Source of the DNA: an uncultured Verrucomicrobiae bacterium
GTDB taxonomy: Bacteria; Verrucomicrobiota; Verrucomicrobiia; Chthoniobacterales; UBA10450
NCBI GenBank assembly: GCA_963834385.1
Contig: CAWIBO010000005.1
Span: 448,001 to 512,000, forward strand
Length of the DNA stretch: 64,000 bases
Direction: 5' to 3'
The notes beneath the pieces were generated by a model that worked only from the letters and a program-made list of their open reading frames with translations, did no database searches and was not told the DNA's origin. The position numbers and the translations under genes are program-made. Of this stretch, positions 21,167 through 30,000 are shown one piece after another (the stretch's first letter is position 1; each line of letters begins with the position of its first letter).

Positions 21167-22007
21167 GGATCATCGCCCATACCGGGAAACCGGGGGTGCA
21201 GGAGCTGGTGGCGCGGCTGGCCGAAGGCTTTGCCCGGGAGAAGATCGAGGTCCTGGTCGAGGACAAAACCGCGGCGGTGGCGGGGCGGGAGGGCGGATTG
21301 CCGATCGGCGAAGTGGGAAAACGGTCCGACCTGCTCGTGGTCCTGGGTGGTGACGGCACCATCCTGAACGCGGTCGGCCGGCTTGGCCCGAACCTGAAAC
21401 CTGTTTTCGGCATCAATATTGGCTCGCTCGGGTTCCTGACCTGCCTCAATTCCGCGTCGGCCGAGGAAGCGGTCGCGGCCATCGCCTCGGAGAAGATCTC
21501 GCTCAGTTCACGGACCCTGCTCAGGGTCGAACTGCCCGGGCGAAAAGAGGAGGCGCTGATCGGCCTGAACGACGCCGTCCTGAGCCGGGGGAAGTTTCGC
21601 GGCTGGTCCGGATGCTGGTGAGCGTGGAGGGCGAGGCGCTGACCGAGTTTAACGCGGACGGGCTGGTTATTGCCACGCCGACCGGTTCCACGGCTTACTC
21701 GTTATCGGCCGGCGGCCCGATCATGTCGCCGGACTCGGGTGTTTTCGTGATCACGCCGATCTGCCCGCATGTTTTGACCAACCGGTCGCTGGTGATCTCC
21801 GAGCGCTCGACCATTGAGGTGCGGGTGACCGAGCGTGATTACCCGGTGTTCCTGAATGTGGACGGGAACGACCCGGTGCGGCTGGAACGGGACGAGATCG
21901 TCCGGATCCGCCGGCACGACCGAAAGCTGGAACTGGCGGCCCTGCCCGGAACCTCCTTCTTCAGCGTGGTCCGCCAGAAGCTGAAGTGGAGCGGAAGCAG
22001 CGTGTAA
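21148..22007 (+). CDS. nadK: NAD kinase; apparent frameshift near 21590
   Basis: LGGDGT, GINIGSLGFL and LNDAV in ORF 21148..21621; DGLVIATPTGSTAYSLSAGGP in ORF 21612..22007. Confidence 0.93.
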
Positions 22008-22019
22008 CGGCCCAGCCAA

Positions 22020-22142
22020 GCCGGGGCTTGTTTCTTCGCCATAAACCCCGGTCACCTTCGTCATTCCAATAGGCTTCAAAGCGCAAGAATCGACCACGCG
22101 CTGTGTAAACGATCCGGTAGCTCCGGTATCCCATACTGCGTC
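22020..22142 (-). pseudogene. Remnant of a retropepsin-like aspartyl protease gene
   Basis: Minus frame reads DAVWDTGATGSFTQRVVDSCALKPIGMTKVTGVYGEETSP (DTGA motif plus flap-like region). No ATG/GTG/TTG between the upstream in-frame stop and the motif; truncated against the nadK 3' end. Confidence 0.6.
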
Positions 22143-22293
22143 CCCTTCACAAGCCGCAGGGCGCGTGGCCTCGTTTAGATTTACAGCGTTTGCCGGGAAA
22201 CCTGAATTGCCGGAAATGTACCGCGCAGACCGCTGCTTTTGAGTTGCCTGCTACTGGGGTGCGGACCAGGATGTCGGAATCGCCCACATCAAA

Positions 22294-22965
22294 ATGCGAA
22301 ATTCGTTCGTGATTCTGATTCTTCGGCGCGCCGCGCTCATGGCGATTCTTCTCACGGCTGGATATTCCTCCGGCCACGCGACCGGACAGACAGCGGCTTG
22401 GGAGCGCGAGCTCGACCATTTGCGCGCGAAAAAGGCTCAAGTGACGGCCCGGATCAAGACTCTCGAAGCGGAAATTCTTCGCGAATTGGCCAAGCGCCCT
22501 AAATCGGTGATAGACCGATTTCTAGAAGAATTAGCGCAGAGAGCAACGATCGATCCACCTGATGATCCGGTCCTGCGGCGCGTGCTTCAGCTCACGAGAG
22601 AAGTCTGGGTGCTGCAAGACGAGCTCGCCGCGGTCGATTACCGGATCAAGGGAATAGTCCATGAGATGAGAGCCGCTGAGGAACAGCTGAAACGAAGCCG
22701 TAAGGTGATTGAAGTCGATCAGTCGAACACCGGCACGGTGAGAAGGGCCTTCCGTTACTCGCACGCCCTCCAGGAGGTCGGGGGCAGTTCGGCCTTAGAT
22801 CGGCGCGCGTTCACTGGCACCGTGATAGAAAAAGCCATACTCAGTCGACAGGTCGCCATCACGACTGGTGTTGGTGCCGTTTTCAAACGGCACCAACACC
22901 TCACGACTTCATATGACATATATTGTATGATGTTATTGAAGGGTGTTCTCGGGTCTGGGGCTTGA
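22294..22965 (+). CDS. Orphan exported coiled-coil protein with atypical codon usage; the 3' part may be non-native read-through
   Basis: 223-aa ORF, signal-like N-terminus, heptad-like helices, visibly more A/T-ending codons than neighbours. Confidence 0.5.
   Translation: MRNSFVILILRRAALMAILLTAGYSSGHATGQTAAWERELDHLRAKKAQVTARIKTLEAEILRELAKRPKSVIDRFLEELAQRATIDPPDDPVLRRVLQLTREVWVLQDELAAVDYRIKGIVHEMRAAEEQLKRSRKVIEVDQSNTGTVRRAFRYSHALQEVGGSSALDRRAFTGTVIEKAILSRQVAITTGVGAVFKRHQHLTTSYDIYCMMLLKGVLGSGA
22859..22908. mobile_element. 34-bp palindromic mini-element (inverted repeats only) with 8-bp target-site duplication
   Basis: TCACGACT (22859-22866) + GGTGTTGGTGCCGTTT-TC-AAACGGCACCAACACC (22867-22900, perfect 16-bp arms) + TCACGACT (22901-22908). 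Confidence 0.72.
22906..22933. other. dif-like / tyrosine-recombinase core-type site (11-6-11)
   Basis: ACTTCATATGA-CATATA-TTGTATGATGT; the arms are an 8/11 inverted repeat, strongly AT-rich for this window. Confidence 0.4.
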
Positions 22966-22994
22966 ATGTTTCCGCGGGTCGCGCACTCTCCCCC

Positions 22995-23450
22995 GTGCCT
23001 GACCCTTTATCGCCCGTTTCGCCTGATTCTCCCCAGGATTGGGACGATTATTACGATCTGCGCTGGCGGGTGCTTCGCGCCCCTTGGAACCAGCCGCGCG
23101 GATCCGAGCGGGATGAACTCGAGGATTCGGCGATTCACCTGATGATTCGGTCCCCGAAAGGCCCGGTGGTGGCTGTCGGGCGGGTCCATCTCACCTCGCC
23201 CGGCGAGGCGGTGATCCGGTTCATGGCCGTGGAACCTTCCTGGAGCAGCCGCGGGTATGGCACCCGCATCCTCGCGGGTCTGGAAGCCAGGGCGGCCGCC
23301 GCCGGCGCCCGGTCCATCCAGCTCAACGCGCGGGAATATGCCCGCCGCTTCTACTCCCGACATGGCTACGAGGAGATCGGGCCGGGCCCAACCCTCTTCG
23401 ACGCCATTCGACATGTCCGGATGCAAAAGCAGCTGCCGACCGCGGGATAA
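22995..23450 (+). CDS. GNAT family N-acetyltransferase (YiiD N-terminal-like)
   Basis: YYDLRWRVLRAPW, IRFMAV, SRGYGTRIL, LNAR, FYSRHGY. Confidence 0.88.
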   Translation: MPDPLSPVSPDSPQDWDDYYDLRWRVLRAPWNQPRGSERDELEDSAIHLMIRSPKGPVVAVGRVHLTSPGEAVIRFMAVEPSWSSRGYGTRILAGLEARAAAAGARSIQLNAREYARRFYSRHGYEEIGPGPTLFDAIRHVRMQKQLPTAG

Positions 23451-23661
23451 GGGCGAGACGAGCGCCGATGGGGGTTCGGCCACGTGATCATTACACCCGT
23501 GCCGCGAACCGGTTGCGCTACTTCTTACCTTAACCACGTAGTCTCATTTCGTACTGGTTACGGGCGGATGGACCATGTAAATGGAGGCATCAGGATCGCG
23601 GTGACGGGGAACTTCGATGGGTTCCGCCGCGCTCAGGTCCGGCTGTTCGCGGCCTCTTGGC

Positions 23662-23689
23662 TTGACGATCGTCCCCTCCCCGTTAACCT
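23662..23689 (+). promoter_or_regulatory. Sigma70-like promoter
   Basis: TTGACG-16 nt-TAACCT upstream of ATG 23711. Confidence 0.45.
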
Positions 23690-23710
23690 CGCGACCCACT
23701 CCTATTTGCC

Positions 23711-24325
23711 ATGATTTATCTTCGTTTCCTTCTCCTTCCGGCCCTGTTCTGGGCAGTTTCCACCTCGCAAATGTCCGCCCAGGAAGTTGAGGGGGCCGAA
23801 GAGGTGAAATCAGAGCCCGAAGAGGAACTGGCGGACGATCTGACCCCGGTGCGCAAGGCGACGGCGGAGCCGTCGAGGAGCGAGGCGACCCCCGAGAAGA
23901 GTGAAGCCCGTCCGTCGGGCCAGGCGGTGGTCAAAGGCCCGGTGCAGGAGATGATGACCCCTGAGCAGTTCAAGGCGGCGGGGTTGAACAAGCTGACCCC
24001 GGCCGAGCTGAACAAGCTCAACGAATTTCTCCTTGGTTTCCGGCAGGAGACGCTGGCAAAGGCGGAGACCCAGGCAAAGATCGAAAAGCAGGACCTCATC
24101 ATCAGCCGCGTGGACGGGGCGTTTGAAGGGTTGAAGGGCAAAACGCTCATCCGGCTGGCCAATGGCACCGTCTGGAAACAGGCCAACTCGAGCGATCGCT
24201 ACAAAGGCCCGGGCCGGCCGGGCGAGTACGTCAACCTGGCGGCCGTGGTGATGAAGAAGGGTCTGTTCGGCTACAAAATGCGGATCGAGGGCACGCCCGA
24301 GTTCTACGTGACCAAGGTCCAGTAG
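23711..24325 (+). CDS. Secreted hypothetical protein
   Basis: Signal peptide, acidic linker, helical motif MTPEQFKAAGLNKLTPAELNKLN and a C-terminal beta domain. Confidence 0.8.
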   Translation: MIYLRFLLLPALFWAVSTSQMSAQEVEGAEEVKSEPEEELADDLTPVRKATAEPSRSEATPEKSEARPSGQAVVKGPVQEMMTPEQFKAAGLNKLTPAELNKLNEFLLGFRQETLAKAETQAKIEKQDLIISRVDGAFEGLKGKTLIRLANGTVWKQANSSDRYKGPGRPGEYVNLAAVVMKKGLFGYKMRIEGTPEFYVTKVQ

Positions 24326-24334
24326 GCGGCTCCC

Positions 24335-24556
24335 GCTCCTCCAGAACCGCTGAGGAGAGCGGACGCTACAGCGCGCCATCGCTCCGTCAGCGTCGTCCGC
24401 GAATCCACGCTGTCGCGTGTGCCGTCCCCGGCGCATCCCCTCCTGCTCTTGCTCTTAATCCTGATCCTGCTCCTCCAGATCCGCTAAAGAGAGCGGACGC
24501 CACCGCGCGCCATCTCCGGGCCGCGCATTCCAACTAAGAGAGCGGACGTTGCGCGC
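24335..24556. repeat. REP-like intergenic repeat cluster: two 46-bp copies, one partial copy and a degenerate hexamer tract
   Basis: 24335-24380 and 24469-24514 differ at 5 of 46 positions, each with a ccgct...agcgg hairpin. Partial copy near 24529-24556. Hexamer tract ctcctg-ctcttg-ctctta-atcctg-atcctg-ctcctc at 24440-24475. Confidence 0.75.
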
Positions 24557-25800
24557 TACCCCGCGCCGCCACCGACCGGCGGGACAAACTTGGCCAGTTT
24601 AAAGGTCTCGTGCGTGAGCTGGGCAGCCCGGTCAGCGTCTTTTTCGTCGATGACCACGGCGATCTTGATCTCCGAAGTGGAGATAAGCTGGATGTTGACG
24701 CCCCCTTCCCCAAGGCATTGGAAGAGCCGGGCGGCCACGCCGGAATGCGAGCGCATCCCGATGCCGACCACGCTCAGCTTGGCCAGCCCGCTCTTGCAGG
24801 AAATGCCGGTGGCGCCGATCTCGTGCAGGAGCGGTTGCAGAAGTTCCTCCGAGCGGGGCGCGTCGTTCTGCGGGACCGTAAAGGAAATATCGGTGGTCGA
24901 CTCGCTGGCCACGTTCTGCACGATCATGTCGACGTTGATATTGGCGGCGGAAACCGCCGAGAAAATGCGGCCGGCGACCCCGGCGGTGTCCGGCACGCCC
25001 GAGACCGTGAGCTTGGCCTGGGCCCGGTCGAGGCTGACGCCGCGCACGACGACGTCCTCCATGTTCGGCGTTTCCTCTTTCGCCAGCGTGCCTTTTTTAT
25101 CGTGGAAACTGGACCGGACCTCGAAAGGGACGCTGAATTTCTTGGCGAACTCAACCGCGCGCGACTGCATCACCTTGGCCCCGGCCCCGGCCATCTCGAG
25201 CAGCTCGTCGTAGGCAATCTCGTCGACCTTCTGCGCTTCCGGCACAACCCGCGGATCGCAGGTGAAAACGCCGTCAACATCGGTGTAGATCTGGCAGGCG
25301 TCGGCGCCGAGGGCGCCGGCAAGGGCGATGGCGGTCAGGTCGGAACCGCCGCGCCCGAGCGTGGTGATGTCACCTTCCGGGGTCTGGCCCTGGAAACCGG
25401 CGACAATGACAATGAAATCCTCCGCGAGCAGCTCGTGAATGCGGCGCGGGGTGATGTTCGAGATCTTGGCCCGGGTGTGGGCGCGGTCGGTCAGGATGCC
25501 GGCCTCGGCGCCGGTCAGGGAAATGGCGCGGCCGCCGAGCGCGTTGATGGCCATGGCGGTCAGCGCCATGGTGGTCTGTTCGCCGGTGGCGAGGAGCGCG
25601 TCCATCTCGCGTTCCGCCGGTTGCGGCGCGAGCTCTCTCGCCATTTTGATCAGGTTGTCCGTGACCCCGGCCATGGCTGAAACCACCGCCACGACCCGCG
25701 CCCCCTCCTTTTGGGTGGCGAGGATGCGCTCAGCCACCTTGCGGATGCGCTCCGGCGTGCCCACGGAGGTGCCGCCAAATTTCTGGACAACAAGACGCAT
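24556..25800 (-). CDS. lysC: Aspartate kinase
   Basis: VQKFGGTSV, VVSAM, TTLGRGGSD, IYTDVDG, two ACT domains, ISTSEIKI. Confidence 0.96.
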   Translation of the reverse strand: MRLVVQKFGGTSVGTPERIRKVAERILATQKEGARVVAVVSAMAGVTDNLIKMARELAPQPAEREMDALLATGEQTTMALTAMAINALGGRAISLTGAEAGILTDRAHTRAKISNITPRRIHELLAEDFIVIVAGFQGQTPEGDITTLGRGGSDLTAIALAGALGADACQIYTDVDGVFTCDPRVVPEAQKVDEIAYDELLEMAGAGAKVMQSRAVEFAKKFSVPFEVRSSFHDKKGTLAKEETPNMEDVVVRGVSLDRAQAKLTVSGVPDTAGVAGRIFSAVSAANINVDMIVQNVASESTTDISFTVPQNDAPRSEELLQPLLHEIGATGISCKSGLAKLSVVGIGMRSHSGVAARLFQCLGEGGVNIQLISTSEIKIAVVIDEKDADRAAQLTHETFKLAKFVPPVGGGAG

Positions 25801-25882
25801 GCTTAAGAGCGCACGGGCATGGAGAAAAAGTAACAGGTCACCGGCGGAAGCGTTTTCGTTTTTCTGGCGTCGGTGTCAATCC

Positions 25883-26953
25883 TCAAAGCTCCAGCGCGCG
25901 CAAGAGATCGGTCTCCTCCGGGGCTGCCGGCACCGCGTCCGGCAGCCGGCCGGTTTCCACCTCAGGATCTTTCAACCCATGACCCGTAATGGTGCAGACG
26001 ATGGTGCGACCCCGCAGTTGTAACGACAAGTCCGTTTTCGCGCGGGCGGCCTTGAGCAGACCCGCCACCGGCGCGGCGCTGGCCGGCTCGGCAAAAAGTC
26101 CGTCGTGCCCCGCGAGCCATTGCTGCGCCTCGAGAATCTCCTCGTCGGTCACGATGTCGATGGCGCCTTCCGACTCGCGCACGGCGGCCCGGGCGCTTTC
26201 CCAGCTTGCGGGATGGCCGATGCGAATGGCCGTGGCCACCGTCTCCGGTTTCGAGATCACGCGGTTGTGATAAATCGGCGCGGCCCCGGCGGCCTGGAAC
26301 CCAAGCAGTCGAGGCCGCCGCCCGGCCGTTTCCCCGGCCTCGAGATAACCCTGCCAGTGCGCGGTGATGTTTCCGGCGTTGCCCACTGGCAGGAGATGAA
26401 AGTCAGGAGCCGCGCCCAGTTGTTCGATGACTTCAAAGGCGATGGTTTTCTGGCCGGCGATGCGGTCGGGATTCGTGGAATTGACCACGCAGACCCCGGG
26501 ACGTCGACCCACGCTTTGCACAAGGCGAAGGGCGTCGTCGAAGTTTCCGTCGAGCGCGACGATGCGCGCTCCGTGCATCCGGGCCTGGAGAAGTTTGCCC
26601 CGGGCAATCCTGCCCGCGGGCAAAACCACGGCACAACGGATTCCGGCCCGGGCGGCATAGGCCGCGGCGGAGGCGGAGGTGTTGCCAGTGGACGCGCAGA
26701 GGAGCACTTGCACGCCGGCAGCGGCCGCCGCGGTCACGGCCACGGTCATGCCGCGATCCTTGAACGAACCCGTCGGGTTGCTCCCTTCAAACTTCAGGTA
26801 CACCTCGGCTTGCACCATTTCCGAAAGCGCCGCGCTGCGGAGTAGCGGGGTGTCCCCTTCCCCAAGCGAGATCACCGTGGCGCCTTCCGGCACCGGAAGC
26901 CGGTCGCGATAACGGGCGATGAGACCGGAAGTCGCAACGACAGGCAGGGGCAT
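25883..26953 (-). CDS. thrC: Threonine synthase
   Basis: LGEGDTPL, NPTGSFKDRG, CASTGNTSAS, PVGNAGN, EPASAA, TGHGLKDP. Confidence 0.94.
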   Translation of the reverse strand: MPLPVVATSGLIARYRDRLPVPEGATVISLGEGDTPLLRSAALSEMVQAEVYLKFEGSNPTGSFKDRGMTVAVTAAAAAGVQVLLCASTGNTSASAAAYAARAGIRCAVVLPAGRIARGKLLQARMHGARIVALDGNFDDALRLVQSVGRRPGVCVVNSTNPDRIAGQKTIAFEVIEQLGAAPDFHLLPVGNAGNITAHWQGYLEAGETAGRRPRLLGFQAAGAAPIYHNRVISKPETVATAIRIGHPASWESARAAVRESEGAIDIVTDEEILEAQQWLAGHDGLFAEPASAAPVAGLLKAARAKTDLSLQLRGRTIVCTITGHGLKDPEVETGRLPDAVPAAPEETDLLRALEL

Positions 26954-27083
26954 TCCGGAATGGAAGCGCAGCGGCGCCCTTCGTCGAGTCCCTTGTGGGC
27001 CGAAGCCGGGGTCCTGTGATTTATTTGCAAAGTTGGGCGGTCTGTCGTCCCTTAGCTCACGCCCATTCCGGCGTTTTTTTCCC

Positions 27084-30000
27084 ATGGCTTCCCTGAGCAA
27101 AGACGATCAACTGCGGCTTCTGACCATCATGCTGGAGAGCCGGCATGGCGACCTTCGCGAGCAGAACCTGAACCGGCAGGGCAAAGGGCATTTTCATGTT
27201 TCCGGAATGGGGCACGAGGCGCTTGCGGCCATTTCCTACGCCATGGAGGAGGGGGACTATATCTGCCCCTATTATCGCGACCGTGGGCTGGTCCTGGGGC
27301 GCGGGGTTTCCTCGGCCGATCTCGCCCTCGATTATTTCGCGAAGAAACAGGGGCAAAGCCACGGCCGGCAGATGCCGTCCCATTTCAGCTATGCCTCGCA
27401 CCACATCTGGAGTGTCCCGACGCCGACCGGCGCCCAGCTTTTGCCCGCCTGCGGCATTGCCTGGGGCATTCGGCTCGACGGGAAAAAGAACATCGTCGTA
27501 ACGACGATCGGCGATGCCGCCACCCGCCAGGGCGACTTTTACGAGGCGGTTTGTTTTGCCAAGGAGCGAAAGCTTCCGGTTTTGTTCGTCGTGGAAGACA
27601 ACGGCTACGGCATCAGCAGTCCCACGCGCAAGATCAACCCGCGCGCGCTCGACGTATTGCAGCCGAACGACTGGCGGGAAGTGGACGGGACCGATGTGAA
27701 GGCCGTTTATGAGGCCGGCCAGGAAGCGATGGCGCACATGCGCGCCGGGAAGGGTCCGGTCTTCTTCTGGGTGATGATGGAACGGCTTTCCAGCCATACC
27801 AGTTCCGACGACCAGAAACTTTACCGTTCGGCCGAGGAGCTGGAGACACTCGAGGAACGGGATCCCTTGCGGAAATGGAAGGAACGGCTCATCGCCGACG
27901 GCATCCTCACGGAGGAAGCCTACGCCAGGCTTGACCAGGAAGTGAAGGAACGCATTCGCTCCGAGTTCAGCAGCGCCGAGAAGGCGGAGGACCCCTCAGC
28001 GGATGACCTGGAGCTCGAGGTGCGCGGCGAGTTCGCGGGCAAGGGCGATGAAGTGCTGCCGGCCGGCAAGTATCGGATCGGCGACACCATCAACAAAACG
28101 CTGCATGCCGGGTTGAAGGCCGACTCGGACCGGATCGTCTTCGGCGAAGACATCGAGGACCCGAAAGGCGGCGTCTTCCGCCTGACCCAACGTCTTTCCA
28201 CCGACTTCCCTGAGCAGGTTTTCAATTCTCCGTTGGCGGAGTCAACCATTGTCGGCGTGGCCTGCGGCCTCGCTTCCTATGGAAAACGGCCGGTGTTCGA
28301 GCTGCAATTTATTGATTTCATTGGACCGGCCTGGAATCAGGTGGTGACCAATCTTTCGACCCTGCGCTGGCGTTCCTTTGGCACCTGGAAATGTCCGCTC
28401 GTCATCTATGCGCCCTATGGGGCCTATCTGCCGGGCGGCAGCCTCTGGCACAGCCAGGCCAACGAGGCGCCCCTGGCGCATTTCCCCGGCATCAACGTCG
28501 CCATTCCCAGCACCCCGGCCGACGCCGCCGGCCTGCTCTGGAGCGCGATGCACGCCGAGGACCCAACCTTTATCCTGATCCCCAAGCATCTCCTCTGGGC
28601 CGAACACGAATACGCCGAGCCCATCGAGGCCGTGCCCCTCGGCCAGGCCCGCCACGTCCGGAACGGCCGCGAGGTCACCCTCGTCGGTTGGGGCAACACC
28701 ATCGAGAAAGCGCTCGAGGCGCTGGAAGAAATCGGCGACGACATCAGCATCGATCTGATTGATCTGCGCTCCGTCGCCCCATGGGACCGCGCCGCCGTGG
28801 AACGCTCCGTGCGCAAGACCGGTCGTCTCGTGGTCGTCCAGGAAGACACCGAGAATTGCAGCGTTGGGCAAATGGTCATCTCCCACATCGCCTCGCAGTC
28901 CGAGCTTTGGGAAAGCATGATCAGCCCGCCCGTCTTGGTCAGCAAAGGGAACGTCATGATCGGCTACAACCCGATCTATGAGTATGCCGCGCTGCCGGAC
29001 GTGAAACGGATCGTCGCCGCCGTCCGTCAAAGCATGGAACGGAAGGCGACGCGCCCGGGCGGCACCTCGGCGCCGCCGGCGAAAGAGCCTTCGCGCGAAA
29101 ACACGGCCGGGTCATCGGCCCCGACCAGGGAAGCGACGCCCCCGGCCGCGCCCCCGCAGGAATCCAAACAGCGCGCCCAGACCGTGACGGTGCCGATCAT
29201 GGGAGAAGGCATCCGCAACGCCAAGGTCGTCTCCCTCCTGAAGAAGCCGGGTGATGCGATTGAGCTGGATGATCCGCTCTGCGAACTCGAGACCGACAAG
29301 GCGGTCTATCCGGTTGAATCCTCTTTCGCGGGCGTCATGGGCGATTGGAAAGTAGCCTCGGGCGACACGGTGGAGATCGGCCAGGATCTGGGCACGATCC
29401 TGACGGGGGAATCCGGGTTTGCTGACCAGATGCAGGATGCGGCCGCGGCCTCCCCGGGTCCGAAGGAAAACGGCGCTTCGCAGCAGAGTTCGAGTCGGAT
29501 CCGGCAGCGCGCGAAGTCGGACGGGGTTGAGCCCGCCCTGTCCGCCACGATCACGCGACGACTTTACAGCGTCATTCCGGCGAATCTTCAGATCGACGCG
29601 GAATGGGACGCGATCCGGAAAGCGCGCGAAGCGGCCAAGAAAGACCAGGGTGGAAAAGCCCCCTCCCCGTCGGTCATGGTGGCCTGGGCGGTGACGCGGG
29701 CGATGGAAAAACATGCGCCTTTCCGCCGGCAAATGACGGAGGAGGACCGCATCATTGAAAAGGAGAATTTCGATCTTGGCATTGCGGTGGCGATGGATGA
29801 TGACCGCCTCGCCACGGCCGTGATCGCGGATGCCAACAAAAAGTCGTGGGAGGAGTTCGTGCGCAGCTTCCATGAAACGGTCGAGGAAACACGGCAGGGC
29901 CGGGTGGATGCCATGAACGCGCCGGTGGTCATCAGCAGCCTTGGCGCCTTTGGCGTTCGCGCCGGCGCACCCATCGTGGTGCCGCCTTCGGTCGGGACGC

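Noticed and set aside
22900..23450. Integron attI/attC with a GNAT cassette
   Set aside because: No integron integrase in the window and no convincing attC (RYYYAAC...GTTRRRY) structure after the GNAT gene.
23451..23710. Riboswitch, ncRNA or the 76-aa ORF 23484..23714
   Set aside because: No conserved RNA motif recognised and the ORF looks non-coding; an Rfam scan would be needed.
24335..24556. Possible CRISPR array
   Set aside because: Only two full imperfect repeats, irregular spacing (88 bp, then about 15 bp) and no cas genes.
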